A DNA stretch of 64,000 bases from Diplonema japonicum (GCA_964019335.1 OZ025654.1:558001-622000), one strand, 5' to 3'; shown: positions 44,819 through 58,102, numbered from the stretch's first letter. A program made the numbers and translations. The notes: generated by a model not told the origin, from the letters alone.

Positions 44819-47800
44819 CTACACCCATGAAAGGGTCAGGCCCTGTGTCTCGTCTACTGAGTCCATTTCGGATTTTGCAGAAAGTGTAGAGTTTTTCCTC
44901 ATGGTGGGCCTTGAGGGAACAGGGACACGTCCTCTTGGGGTTCTTGAGAAAGAGTCAGAATTTGTTTCCCATGACAGAAGGGAACGCCTCGAGGCCATTC
45001 TCCTCTGATGTCCTGAAGCAGATAGCCAAGATGAGTTCAAGACCTGGGAGTTGTTTGAAGGCCCCAGAAGCGGGCTTTTGATGTTGCCTACGCTGCTCAG
45101 ACTTGAGCCTGATCTCACAGACTCACACGGTCGGAGTGGCATCAGAATCTCAGGGACCACCACATCGAGTTCCTGCTCCTTCCTCAACTTCTCCCTCCGG
45201 ACCATCTCCCTCACAGCGTACCTCCTCGACAGGTAGATGTCGATGGCGTAAGTCCCGATGTCCCACAGGGCCTTCAGCAGGAGCAGGATGGCGGACGCTA
45301 GTAAAATCCACCCAGCCACCACGAACAGCATGTGGTCCTTCGACACCTCAGCGATGATCCCCAGCGTCATGAACAGGACTGCAAACACCATCAACGCTGA
45401 AAGAACGATCGAGATGAGGTTGTCCATCGCCGCCGAGAAGGGGCGTAGCCAGCACAGGAGCACCAAGTACGCCAAGAACAGCAGCGTGATGAGGCCGTTC
45501 CTCCCGTGGCACTGCATCCCGATACCGGGGCGCCATGCCGACAGCAATGACAGCAGCAGGATGCAGGCAAGCTCCGTCAGCACGAACCAAGTCATCCCCT
45601 CACGGAAGGGTTCGAACACGACCCCGTACTGCTCCGTGAAGTAGCCCTCCTCCACCTCCCCCGACCCGACCCAGATCGTGTCCCCGAAGCAGAACCGGTA
45701 AGCCGTCTTCTTCCACCCTGTGTACGGGACAACCTTCTCAGAAGCCTCATCGGAAAGCATCTGCACCGCCTCGTCTTCCGGGAAGAGGCGAGGGTCGGGG
45801 ATCGCCCGCGACAGCCTGGGGACATGGCGCAGCACCAGCAGGTAGAGAAGGGCAGGGGTCGCCAAGGTGAAGAGGAGGAGGGTCCACCCCACAACCGTCG
45901 TCGCCGTGCTGTTGTTGTCCTCTGGGAAGAAGGCCATGCGGGCCGACACGAGGCTCGTCCCCTGCAAGAGGAACAGGTAAGGGACGTAGGACAGCCCAGG
46001 TGCCCTCGCCGTTGCCATCGACCTCGCCCACGACATATCGCTCATCTTGAAGATCGCAAAGGCCACCATGTACAGCACCACCAGGAACCCCACACACACC
46101 ACAGGGTTCATGATCGCTGCCGCCAGCATGTAGCGCCGCGTTCCAGCCCCGAAGGCCGCCCTCGTCGGGTGGAACTCCCAGTCGAGGTTCTTGTTGTGCT
46201 CCAGGTCCACGTCCTCCACCTCGCACCCGAACCCTTGCAGCACAACGAGACGCGAGGCAGTCCCGCCCCCTGCCCCTGCTACGACTGCTGCCCCTGAAGC
46301 AGCAGATGTCGCAGTTTCTGTTGCGTCCCTTTGATCAGGTGGAAGCACCTGTGCGTACGGTGTGGGCGTTCCACTTGAAGGAAAGGACGAGGTGTCTGAC
46401 TCAACAGGTACCTGTGTTGTTCGTGCTGCTGTGCCTGGCACGACAGTAAAGGGGGGGGTGGCACCTGGTGAAGGAGTAAAAGCTTGAGTGGTAGGCACAG
46501 ATGTGGCGGGGGCTGGTGTAGTAGTAGGTGGATACGTTTCCCCAGCTGGTAGAGGAGTCGGTGCTGTAGTGTCGGGCATCGACGTACCAGGCGCTTGCGT
46601 GGCAGGTGAAGGTGTTTGTGGTGCCGTTGTGACAGGGACAGGAGTATCAGGGGAGGGGGTAGCTGGGGCCAACGTGGCGGGTGCCAGAGTGTCAGGAGTG
46701 TTTGTGTCAGGAACAGGTGTTTGTGGTGCTGAAGTATCAGGGAACGGGGTTGCAGGTGCCTGTGTGGCGGGAGCTGGAGTATCAGGTGCAAAGCTTGCTC
46801 CCATGGGAAGTGGTGTTGGTGCTACTGTGTCGGGTGCCGGAGTGTCGGGGGAAAGTGTGACAGGTGCTTGTGTTGCAGGAACTGGTGTTAGTGGTGCTGA
46901 AGTATCAGGGGAAGGGGTTGCAGGTGCCTGTGTGGCGGGAGCAGGAGTATCGGGCGCAAAGGTTGCTCCCATGGGAAGTGGTGTTGGTGCTACCGTGTCA
47001 GGTGCCGGAGTGTCGGGTACTGGTGTGTTGGGGGAAGATGTTTGTGGTGCTGAAGTATCAGGGAACGGGGTTGCAGGCACCGGTGTGGCGGGAGCCAGAG
47101 TATCAGGTGCAAAGGTTGCTCCCAAGGGTAGGGGTGTTGGTGCTATCGTGTCGGGTGCCAGTGTGTTAGGCGCTAGGGTGTCGGGTGCCAGTGTGTTAGG
47201 CGCTAGGGTGTCGGGTGCAGGAGTGTTCGGGGAAGGTGTTTTTGGTGCTGAAGTATCAGGGAAGGGGGTTGCAGGAGCCTGCGTGGCGGGAGCAGGAGTA
47301 TCAGGGGTGGGAGTAATTGGGGCTTGTGTGGCTGGAGCTGGAGTATTAGGGGAGCTTGTGTCAGGAGCAGATGTGCTTGGCGCCTGTGTTGCAGGAACTG
47401 GTGTTAGTGGTGCTGAAGTATCAGGGAAGGGGGTTGCAGGTGCTTGTGTGGCTGGAGCTGGAGTATCAGGTGCAAAAGTTGCTCCCATGGGAAGTGGTGT
47501 TGGTGCTATCGTGTCAGGTGCAGGAGTGTTGGGTGCCGGAGTGTCTGGTGCTGGAGTGTTGGGTGCTGAGGTGTCAGGTGCCGGAGTGTTAGGTGCGGGA
47601 GTGTTTGGTGCTGCAGTGTCAGGTGCGGGAGTGTCTGGTGCCGGAGTGCTAGGTGCTGGAGTGTTGGGTGCCGAGGTGTCAGGTGCCGGAGTGCTAGGTG
47701 CTGGGGTGTCGGGTGCAGGAGTGTTAGGTGCTGAGGTGTCAGGTGCTGGAGTGCTAGGTGCTGGGGTGTCGGGCGCAGGGGTGTTAGGTGCTGAGGTGTC

Positions 47801-48996
47801 AGGTGCTGGAGTGTCTGGTGCTGGAGTGCTAGGTGCTGGGGTGTCAGGTGCAGGAGTGCTAGGTGCTGGGGTGTCGGGCGCAGGGGTGTTAGGTGCTGGA
47901 GTGCTAGGTGCTGGGGTGTCGGGTGCAGGAGTGTTGGGTGCTGAGGTGTCAGGTGCCGGAGTGCTAGGTGCTGGGGTGTCGGGCGCAGGGGTGTTAGGTG
48001 CTGAGGTGTCGGGTGCAGGAGTGTTGGGTGCTGAGGTATCAGGTGCCGGAGTGCTGGGTGCTGAGGTGTCAGGTGCCGGAGTGTCTGGTGCTGGAGTGTT
48101 GGGTGCCGAGGTGTCAGGTGCTGTTGTCGGATTGACAAAAGCGGGGGCCGCTCTGGAAAAAAAGAAATGTGATATTTAACTGGAAAAAAAAAAGAAGAAC
48201 TAGGCTTGACAGACAGCCAGGAAAAGAAAAGAACTACATACGTGGTCGAGCCTGCCGTGTTACGTATGGCAGTGCTGCAGGCGCTGTCTGGGTCGCATTG
48301 TGCGAAGGTCAGCTGGCCTGTAGGGAGCGCGGGGTCGAACATGGTGCATGCGCCGCTGCCTTGGCATTGCAACCCGCAAGTTCCGCTGGTTGGGTTGGGA
48401 CAGTTGAAGTTCGTTGTTTTGCAAGCCTCATCACCGCTGCCACCGGAGCAGGAAAGACGGCAGTTCACACTGTTGGTGTTGCCGCAGTTGAGGACGGACT
48501 GCTCACAGGACTGCTCGCCAGAGCAGGATATAGAGGTAGGACCGGAATCAGCTTGCAAATCGAGCTCTTTGCATGATGTTTTGGCAGTGCAGGTGAGATC
48601 GCACTTTGATGAGGTGGGGCACACCATTCTCGCCCCGAGGCAAGAATCTTGAGCGCCGCATGACAGGGAGGTAGCAGCTCCTGGTGACCCGCTTTGCTGA
48701 AACACTTTCATGTTCTTGCAGTTACCGGTGCAAGACACGGCGCACGTCCCTGATGAAGCGCAATTTATCCTCAAATCCTCGCAGTTCGCACCATTGTTGC
48801 ATTGTACATTGCACGCAAACCCCGCCGCACAGTTTACAGTGCATCCGTTGCAGTTTCCGCAACTCAGCGTCTCGTCGTTGTTCGGCATCGTCACAGTCCC
48901 CGAACACCCGTTTATCACACACAAGGCAGGTTCACCCATCATCGCAACCACCATCATAATCACTAAGGTGCGCACCCCCCCCGCGCATAGGGCCAT
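44819..48996 (-). CDS. Receptor-like membrane protein A: signal, Cys-rich domain, mucin-like PT repeats, multi-TM core (1362 aa)
   Basis: Intron at 48153-48241 joins the Cys-rich exon in frame to the repeat/TM exon; about 7-8 hydrophobic helices; ends LTLSWV. Confidence 0.85.
46490..48125 (-). repeat. Coding minisatellite with 15-nt unit (APDTP/APNTS/APSTP) and higher-order blocks
   Basis: Read directly from the sequence. Confidence 0.9.
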
Positions 48997-49284
48997 ATGT
49001 GAAACCTGAAATTTTTCGTAATTTCGATAAACAAAAAAAGAAGACCATAACACTATTTTTTGTAAGATCCAGTCATTGACTTGTCTCACACACAAAAAAA
49101 GGGGAACGTTGGCAACGTGTTTTCGGGTTTTTACAAACTTTCCCCAGGTTTTTTTTACCCGCATTTGCAAACAACGGCCTGTTTCCTCTTAAAAAAGGAG
49201 CGCAAGGGAGAGGGCAGGGTGTGTATACCTGTGCCCCCCTGAAAAAAAAAAACAATATATGATGGGGGGGAAAAAAAACGGTGG

Positions 49285-50409
49285 CTATTTTCTGGCGAGA
49301 TATTTCACAACGTCGTCGTGGTCGAGTACTGCTTGGACACAACCGGCCTCCGCCCTCCACCCTGTAGACAAATAAGGAGGCAGAGCGAGATTTTGCTTAA
49401 GACACCCGAGTAGAGTATCGAGGTCCTTCTTCCTGATGAGCGTGCGGACGGGAACGTGGAGGGTGGCTGCCAAAGGCGTCAACTTCTCGACAACGGATGT
49501 CAGCAAACCTTCGGGATAGCGAACAGAGGCAACGAAATCATCGGGTGTTGGGGGGGGGTTCCTGACCGTGCGCATGACGGCGCTCCAGAAAGGGTTCCCC
49601 ATGGTACCGTCAGGGGGCACACCGTCGGCAGCAGCACGCATCATCATCTTATCATCAGCCGTCCACTTCCGAACGGTGTCGTACTCCTTGCAGTAGTTCT
49701 CACGTATGTCGAACACACATTGCACAAGAAACTGTTTGTCCCTTGAAAGCTGTGCGTACCTGGGCAGCCTTGTACAGTTGTACGCATCCAACGAGGCTTC
49801 GACATCTTGCAAGCTCAGCTGCGCTTCCTCGACCGCCCATGCCCATCGGTTCCTCACGTTCAGATTTGTTCGAATCCTTTCAAACATCTCTACGATGTAC
49901 CGGACATCGTCTGCAGCGTAGGTAACCTGCGATCTCGATAAGGGACGGCGCCGCCAGTTTGATCGCTGTTCTGTTTTGGAAAGGTCGATGTCAAAGAAAT
50001 ACTTGACCAATGAGGAGTACCCGCACGCTGAGGTGTCCAGGCCAGGGAGATCAGCGAACAGAACTGCCTCTCTCAGATCTGTTACGTTCTTGACATATAC
50101 ATGGAGATAGTACGCGAAGCACTCTAAGTCTTGCTTCATGTCGAAGATAGCCTTTGTCACATCGGGGTTGGCCAGGAGCTCGCCAAAGGACGCAAGGCCT
50201 TGCCACCCTAAGTGCATTGGGTCCAGCAGTGCAATTTCTTCCCCGTCGCTGACCTGTATCAGACATAGATCAGGAAAGAATTTATCACTGCGCATGAACT
50301 CTGTATCTACTCCAATAACCGATTTTTTCGACCACTTTCTGCACAATTCATCAACTACTCGTTTCTCCGTCACGATAATTGGGGGTGTGTCTCGTACAAC
50401 GCTCGCCAT
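49285..50409 (-). CDS. Ribonuclease D-like DEDDy 3'-5' exonuclease
   Basis: GVDTEF, LCLIQ, KQD, SNWRRRPLS and YAADD motifs, then an HRDC-like region; start MASVV at 50409. Confidence 0.9.
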   Translation of the reverse strand: MASVVRDTPPIIVTEKRVVDELCRKWSKKSVIGVDTEFMRSDKFFPDLCLIQVSDGEEIALLDPMHLGWQGLASFGELLANPDVTKAIFDMKQDLECFAYYLHVYVKNVTDLREAVLFADLPGLDTSACGYSSLVKYFFDIDLSKTEQRSNWRRRPLSRSQVTYAADDVRYIVEMFERIRTNLNVRNRWAWAVEEAQLSLQDVEASLDAYNCTRLPRYAQLSRDKQFLVQCVFDIRENYCKEYDTVRKWTADDKMMMRAAADGVPPDGTMGNPFWSAVMRTVRNPPPTPDDFVASVRYPEGLLTSVVEKLTPLAATLHVPVRTLIRKKDLDTLLGCLKQNLALPPYLSTGWRAEAGCVQAVLDHDDVVKYLARK

Positions 50410-51040
50410 CTTTTTCTTTGAAATAACCTTGAGGGGGATGTAGATATTGCAAACAAAAAGAAAAAAAAAAGAAGAAAAAAAGCTAAAGAATAATATCCTC
50501 GGAAATGTCCCAAGGTGGGGAAGAGAGAGAAGAGAGAGAGAGAAGGGGGGGGGGGGGGGGGGGTAAAAGTGAGTTATTTCGTTTAAGATGACCATTTTTG
50601 ATGACCACCAAGAAAGAGGGAAAAAAAGAAGAAAAGATGCGCTAGTAATTTTGGGAACTGTGAAGTGGGTTGTACGTCAGTATAAACCCCCAAACCCCCT
50701 GTGGGAGTTGGCTGCTGAAGCCTGAAGACTCGTTTTTCAAAGAAGAAAAAAAGGGGGGTATAAAAAAAAGAATTGGGCTAAGCACGACCGCAAGTGTGAG
50801 CTTCAAGGTATCTAAACGTCCAAAGAAAAAAAAACAAAGGCCAGGCTTTCTTTCCCCCCCCCTTTTTTTTTCCCCTTTCCCACTAGCGTATTTCTACACA
50901 ATATTAGAAAATAGCTACTACTGACTGATTTGGCAGTAGGCAAGTAAGTAAAGTGGGGGGCCTTTAAAACTTTTTTTTCACGTTACTATGTTTACTATGT
51001 TTTTAAGGACCATGTGACCCCCCCCCCCCCCCCCCCCCGG

Positions 51041-51136
51041 GGGCTATGCTGGCAAGAAACAGGGAAACGTTTCCGTTTTCTTATCCTTATTTTCGAAAAA
51101 AAAGCTTGGAAACGCGTTTCCTTGCCAGCATAGCCC
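51041..51136. mobile_element. MITE family A, short copy
   Basis: GGGCTATGCTGGCAAG / CTTGCCAGCATAGCCC between a C-run and a G-run. Confidence 0.85.
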
Positions 51137-51629
51137 TGGGGGGGGGGGGTCCTTTTTTTCCAATGAGATAACTGGGGGGGTGGGGGGTAAAAACAACAAT
51201 AGTTGAACTAAAAGGTGCGTGAGGCTCTGCTCAGCACAATGGATTAAAAATTCCAAGCAGCAAAAAAGGTTGCAAAAAGAAATGCTTGTGTATCTTCAAA
51301 GAATTGTTATGTAGTGAGGGGGGAAGGGATGACTACCCCGCAACCACACGAGACCTTGTGTGCTAGGTGCACATTAAGGAAGTGGGCACGTGGTAGCAGT
51401 TCTTACGGGGGGAGGGAAAAAAGAAAAACCCGATAAAATTTCAGTGTGCATGGGGGTGCTCACTAAAGAAAAAGAAAAAAAGGGGGGTAGGCTAATAAGA
51501 AGACAAACGTGTCACAACCTTTTCCTTTTTTCTCTTTTTTTTTTTTCTTTTCTGGGTGAGTTCTTTTTTTTATCCAACAACAATTTTTTTTTTTTCGGGC
51601 AAAAAAAAAAGAAAAAAAAAGAAAAAAAA

Positions 51630-53715
51630 TATATGAGTTAAAGGAAGTCTTTGTGAGACGCCCCCTTGTTCTCATCTTCTACCTGCACCTATCCCCTTTC
51701 AGCAGCGGTTTCTCCTCCTTTGGTGGTCTTGCCGGCCTTCTCCCCAGCCTGGCCGCTCTTTCTCTTCGTTCTCTCGCCCATTGTCCTTTCAACGCCTCTA
51801 GGTCATGCTTGGTCTTCGGTGATGCAAATATCGCCCTCCTGTTCCATCCGATCACCGCCTTTGTCCTCCCGATGGATCGTAGTGTGTGCACCCTTGTGCT
51901 CGGCTCAGCTGGGAAGGCCCTCCTTCCTTTCACCTTCTCAGTACCCTCCCTAGCTCCCATGTGTGCCAGATCTTCTTCATCAGTCCATGCAATCTCCTCG
52001 CTTTCTGCTGTACTTCTGCGAGATCCCCCAGCTTCCCTCCAAGGGTCTTCCCGGTCACGTTCTCGAAATCCAGTGCCAGCTCCACCGTCGACACTGACGT
52101 GTTCCTGCTGCCTGCATACCAGCGCAGTTGCCGCATCCACCTCAGCACCTCCTTCGTGTACTCCCGTAGGACATCCCCTGCCGGTAGCTTGCCGAAGTCC
52201 TTGTCCGACGGTACTGGGTGTTCTTGATCTTGTGTGATCTCCAGCCACTGGTGTGTGTGGTACACCTCCTGCCTCTTCGCTTGTAGGTACGTACGCAGCA
52301 GGTACCTCTGCGTTCCTTCGAGCCTTTCCCTGACATCCTTCCCTGCTCCCCTTGGCAGGATGCCATGCAGCTTCGTACACGGTTCCAGCCCCCTGCGCGT
52401 CATGCCTTCGTGTTCTTCCCGCTGTTGCACTTCCTTGGCCTTTTCACACTCCCATAGTGCGTGCTCCAGCATGTTGGGCAGCTGTTGCTCCTGACCGCAG
52501 ATGTCGCAGTGTGCCGTCGTGGGTTCGGCCTGCTTAGCTTCTTGCTTCCTCGCCTCCGCAATCAGCCACTTTTCGGTGTCCTGTCCTTTCTCTTCTTCTT
52601 CTTCTTGTTCATCTTCAGCCTCGTCTTCATCCTCGTCTTCTTCTCCTTCCGCCATCGGGATGTGCTCCACCGTGTCCGTGCGCCATCCCCGTGGGTTGAT
52701 GTAGAACACTGCCCCCGAGATGATCCTTCGCACATCCCTTGCTGCAATCGGGTCCGTCACCACCAGCTTCCTCCACAGCGCGTTGGTCTCCGCTGCTGCC
52801 GCAGCTTCCATGCCCCCCATGGTGCTCCGTTTGCTCATGATTTCCTGTGCTTCCGTCCGCCTGAGTCGGTCCCTGATCTAGTGCTTGTAGGGCTCCTTTT
52901 CCAGTGCGTGGGTGTCCTTCAGCTGTGCCCAGCTTAACTTGATCTGAGGCAGCCACCTTTCCATCATGATGCCCACCGGTCCCAGCGGTATCTTCTTCCC
53001 GCTGTACCGTTTGGCAATGGCGTCGCAGCGTGTCCACAGCTTGTCGTCCTTCTTGCAGGCTCTGTATAGGGGAGCATAAGTGCTCTGTATGCGGCTGTCA
53101 TCTGTGGGTGGCTCGTGTGTCCCGGCAGTGTCACGGATAGTACTGTGCCTGGGTTCCTGGTGCAGTACTTCTGCCCCCAGAGCGTGTACGTGGTCTCCTT
53201 CACCAGCGTGGCCATTTGTCCCGTTTTCGGCGGTGAGAATGGGCAGTCGTAGAGGCAGCTCGGTAGGATCGTGCTGCTGATGATCTTCGCCTTCTGCTGA
53301 AAGGACAACGGCGTTGCTCCCAGCCTGCTCAGCGTCCCGAGTGCCTCCGCCGTCCTGTCGCCGTTGGTTTGCGGCCTGCCGTCTGTCCGCAGCTTGGCTC
53401 CCAGTACTCCTACAGTCCGTGTCGGCTGCAGTTCCTCGCCTTTCACCTTCACCTCCGGTGTCTTCCTGTTCACTGCAAAGGTCTTCGTCTTCCTGGTGTT
53501 GAGCTTCATCCCCACCTGTTTGCAGAAGGCTTCCACTCCTGCAACGCCGCACCGAGCCGTGCCAAGAGGTATGCATCGTCCGCGTAAGACAGCGAGCGGA
53601 CCCCTGTGTCGTTCTCCACCTGCTTCATTGGTACCGCCAACAGCGCGTTGATGAGTACCACTGAAATCGGGCATCCCTGAAGGATTCCATTGGTTGTGTG
53701 GAACTCCTCCCCCAC
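51630..53715 (-). mobile_element. 5'-truncated copy of the 2543-7225 retrotransposon
   Basis: Near-identical to 2543-4647, including YADD; additional small deletions and a stop. Confidence 0.92.
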
Positions 53716-54720
53716 TGAAAAAAAACAGATTCTCGTTCTTTTTTTTTTTTTTTTTTAAATCTTTTTTCTTGTTTAATAGGGAGGAACTACATCTGATTTT
53801 CTTTTTGTTTTTGAGCAGTTGCTGTCATTTTTTGCATGAGAATGGGGAAAAGCTCAAAGGACACCTGCTAGAGGGCCGCCCGATCAAAGAAAGAAAGAAA
53901 TGAGCGAGTTATTCTTTTTGTTTGTTCGCAATTGTTACAAATTCCTTTTTCCTAATAAAAGAGATTATTTGTACACAACGCTGCCCAACATTCTTTCTGA
54001 TAACTACAAAAATAACAAGTGTTTCTGTTCATCATAAAGAAAACACGGGGGACGGGGGTGAGGGAGTGAAATCTGATAGTTAACCATTTGGTACTATCGA
54101 TTAGGAAAGAGGGAAAAAATAAAGTGGGGGAGATTGGCAAAACAAAAGGAGGTGCCACCCACAACAGATCCCCCCTTGCAAGAGGAGAAGCCCCTCGGTT
54201 AAAGAAAAGGTGTCCTCAAAAGCTCTATTCAGGGTTAGAAAACTGTTCTTGTGATGTAGCAACAAGTAAAAAAAGTTCGATCTTTAAAATCAGGGTGACA
54301 CAAGTCAAAAGGACACATTGGAGTGAGCTTCTGACCTAATTGTGCATTAGCTGATGACAGCCAGCCAATGTTTGCCTTTTCTCCGCCTGGCACCCGTCAC
54401 CCTGACACAGACTTTCCTGAAATGCCTCGCTTAAGGAGAGGTATCGTTACGAACCTAGACCCGGCCAAAGGTGGGGAGAATTGTTAAAGCAATAACCCCC
54501 ACGCAACAGACAAAAAAAAAATGAAAAAATGAAAGAAGAGAAAAAAAAAAAAAGGAGGAACAAAAATGTTTTTTTTTTTATCCTTCTTTATTTTGCGGCG
54601 CTCTGAAGAATAAAAAAAAGCCGAACCAAATAAATGATAAAATTGTTAGTCAGTGTATAGATTGCCAGGGGGGGTAGGGTTTGGCATTGCAGGAGAATCC
54701 AACAAAAAAGAAAAATAGGT

Positions 54721-57700
54721 TTATACCCACGAAAGGGTAAGGTTCTCTTTTCTTTCGGATCTGCCCTTGCCTCTGCCTTTATCTTTAATTCTGGGGGACC
54801 TGGGTGTTCTTGAGGTTGCACCTTCACTGCTTTGTATGCTTTTAGCACTATTGATTTTCATGGCCGAAACAGCAGACTTGCGAGAACTGAAAAGGGCAGG
54901 GACTTCCCTGTTCCTAGTCCCGTTCAAACTACTGTTGAACAAGCTCTGCTTTGGCACGCTGCCTTCGCTAGTTAACGTATCACAGTCATCTGGAAGTACG
55001 ACGTAGATATCTATGTTCATATCTGTAAGTTCTTCAACTGCTGGTTCTTCCGTCTTCAGGGCACCCATGCTGTTGTTCTGTCCTGCATTCCGGACCATCT
55101 CCCTCACAGCGTACCTCCTCGACAGGTAGATGTCGATGGCATAGGTCCCGATGTCCCACAGGGCCTTCAGCAGGAGCAGGATGGCGGAGACCAAGAGCAT
55201 CCACCCAGCCGCCACGAACAGCATGTGGTCCTTCGACACCTCAGCGATGATCCCGATCGTCATGAACAGGACTGCAAACACCATGAAGGCCGTCAGCGCG
55301 ATCGAGATGAGGTTGTCCATCGCCGCCGAGAAGGGGCGTAGCCAGCACAGGAGCACCAAGTACGCCAAGAACAGCAGCGTGATGAGGCCGTTCCTCCCGT
55401 GGCACTGCATCCCGATACCGGGGCGCCATGCCGACAGCAATGACAGCAGCAGGATGCAGGCAAGCTCCGTCAGCACGAACCAAGTCATCCCCTCACGGAA
55501 GGGTTCGAACACGACCCCGTACTGCTCCGTGAAGTAGCCCTCCTCCACCTCCCCCGACCCGACCCAGATCGTGTCCCCGAAGCAGAACCGGTAAGCCGTC
55601 TTCTTCCACCCTGTGTACGGGACAACCTTCTCAGAAGCCTCATCGGAAAGCATCTGCACCGCCTCGTCTTCCGGGAAGAGGCGAGGGTCGGGGATCGCCC
55701 GCGACAGCCTGGGGACATGGCGCAGCACCAGCAGGTAGAGAAGGGCAGGGGTCGCCAAGGTGAAGAGGAGGAGGGTCCACCCCACAACCGTCGTCGCCGT
55801 GCTGTTGTTGTCCTCTGGGAAGAAGGCCATGCGGGCCGACACGAGGCTCGTCCCCTGCAAGAGGAACAGGTAAGGGACGTAGGACAGCCCAGGTGCCCTC
55901 GCCGTTGCCATCGACCTCGCCCACGACATATCGCTCATCTTGAAGATCGCAAAGGCCACCATGTACAGCACCACCAGGAACCCCACACACACCACAGGGT
56001 TCATGATCGCTGCCGCCAGCATGTAGCGCCGCGTTCCAGCCCCGAAGGCCGCCCTCGTCGGGTGGAACTCCCAGTCGAGGTTCTTGTTGTGCTCCAGGTC
56101 CACGTCCTCCACCTCGCACCCGAACCCTTGCAGCACAACGAGACGCGAGGCAGTCCCGCCCCCTGCCCCTGCTGCGAGCGCCACCCCTGAAGCAGCAGAT
56201 GTCGCAGCTTCAGTTTGCTTCTTTTGATCAGGTGGAAGCACCTGTGCGTACGGTGCGAGTGTTGCAGGAACAGCTGTCGGCCCCTCAGTACGTTGTGCCT
56301 TGGTAGTTTGTGGCGGGGCTGCTGTCATAGGTGTGAATGTAACCCCAGGTGCTGCTGTACTGGGCAGTGGAGTTGGTGGTATCAGTGTGGGTACAAATGG
56401 CACTGAGGTCGGTGGTATGAAAACGGACAGCGGGGCTGGCGTTGCGACAGGCGGGGCAAAGGTTGGTTGGGTAGGTGGTTGCGTACTGGGAACTAAAGTA
56501 AGAGGAGCTAAGGTTGTGGGAGCAAAAGTATTTGGAGCGAACGTTCTCGGGGCTGTTGTATCGGGGTTGGCGGTATGAGGAGGAGCTGTGATTGGGGCAG
56601 AAGTAGACGGGACCTTTGTTGCCGGTGCTGACGTATCAGGCAAGGGAGTCACTGGGGAAAGCGTAGACGGCACAGCCGTGTCAGGAACTGAAGTAACTGG
56701 TGTTGAAGTTCTCGGTGCCGAGGTTGCTGGTGCCAAAGTTGAGGGTATCGCCGTAGCAGGGACGGAAGTTGAAGGCATGAGTGTAGCTGGTATTGTTGTG
56801 GCGGGAGCAGGTGTCGCTGGGGCTATTGTTACTGGGACAGGGGTTAAGGGTGTGGATGTGGCCGGCACAAGGGTCACTGGGACCGATGTTGCAGGCACAA
56901 CTGTTACCGGGGCAGGCGTCATCGGGATTGGTGTTTGAGGTGAAGCCGTCGCAGGAAGAGATGTTGGAGGTGACCTTGTTGCAGGCGAAGACGTTGTTGG
57001 CACAGCTGTGTTGGGTGAGGGCGTCGACGGAGAAGACGTTGCCGGGATAGATGTTCGAGGCGTGGGTGTTGGGGGCACTGGCGTTGAGGGTGCGGGTGTT
57101 GGGGGCACTGGCGTTGAGGGTGCGGGTGTTGGGGGCACTGGCGTTGAGGGTGCGGGTGTTGCCGGTGCGGAGGTTTTTGGCACCTGCGTGCGCGGGGCTG
57201 GCGTCATCACCGGGGGGCGCCTGAGTTTTAGATATTCTTTAAAGAAAAGGCACAGAAATAAAAAAAACGAGTCACACATACGTAGAAGAAGAGTCAAGGC
57301 TGCGCAGCCTAGAGGTACAGGCGTTACTGGTGCTACACGTCGCCCAGTTGATGTCGCCCGTAGGCATCTTCGGGCTCAGCTCCGTGCAAGTATTGGGCCC
57401 GTTGCACGCAACACCGCAGCTCCCAGTGGGGCCCAGGCTTCTGGGGCAGTTAAGAGTCGTTGATTTGCAAGCATTGTTGCTGGAGCATTCAAGTGCGCAG
57501 CGCGCGTTGCGGTTGGTACTGCACTTGTACTTCACAGCCTCACAAGAGCTTGCCGCCGTGCATATCAGCTTAGCCTGCCCGGTGCCTGTCTGCTTCAGGG
57601 TGGTGTCCTTACAAGCAGTATTCACACCGCACTTTAGGGTGCAGGGCGCAGCCTTCGGGCAGTCGATGTTGGAACTTTGGCATACATCGGACCCACTGTC

Positions 57701-58102
57701 GCACGACACAGTAAGCGCACCCCCTGAGCCTCCTTTCTGATTGACGTCTATATTTTTGCAGGATTGTGAAGAGGAGCAGGTTACCGCACAGGCGCCTTGC
57801 TCGGGACAGTTGACCTTCAGCCCAACGCAGGAAGTGGGCCCTGAGCAATTGATGATACAGTCGCCGCGTGAAGGACAGTTCACAGTGGAGCCCTTGCAAG
57901 AGTCTTGTGCAGTGCAGTCTATCGTGCACGTGTGGCTGTTGTCGCAGTTCACTGTGCACTGGTCGCACGCCCCGTTTCTACGGCACGACAGCACGTCAGG
58001 GCCACTCGGGCTGAGTGACACAGACCCAGTGCACCTTGAGGCGCAGTTTCCTTGGTTGTTGTTGAATAGCAGTACGCATAAGAGCGCATACCATATACGC
58101 AT
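54721..58102 (-). CDS. Receptor-like membrane protein B (1106 aa)
   Basis: Signal MRIWYALLC; Cys-rich exon; intron at 57221-57281 in the same position and phase as gene A; P/T stalk; TM core; ends LTLSWV. Confidence 0.87.

Noticed and set aside
46488-48179. 563-aa plus-strand Gly/Ala/Val ORF
   Set aside because: Antisense shadow of the 15-nt mucin repeat.
54335-54380. Hammerhead-like CTAAT-loop-ATTAG-CTGATGA
   Set aside because: No properly placed GAAA or NUH cleavage triplet.
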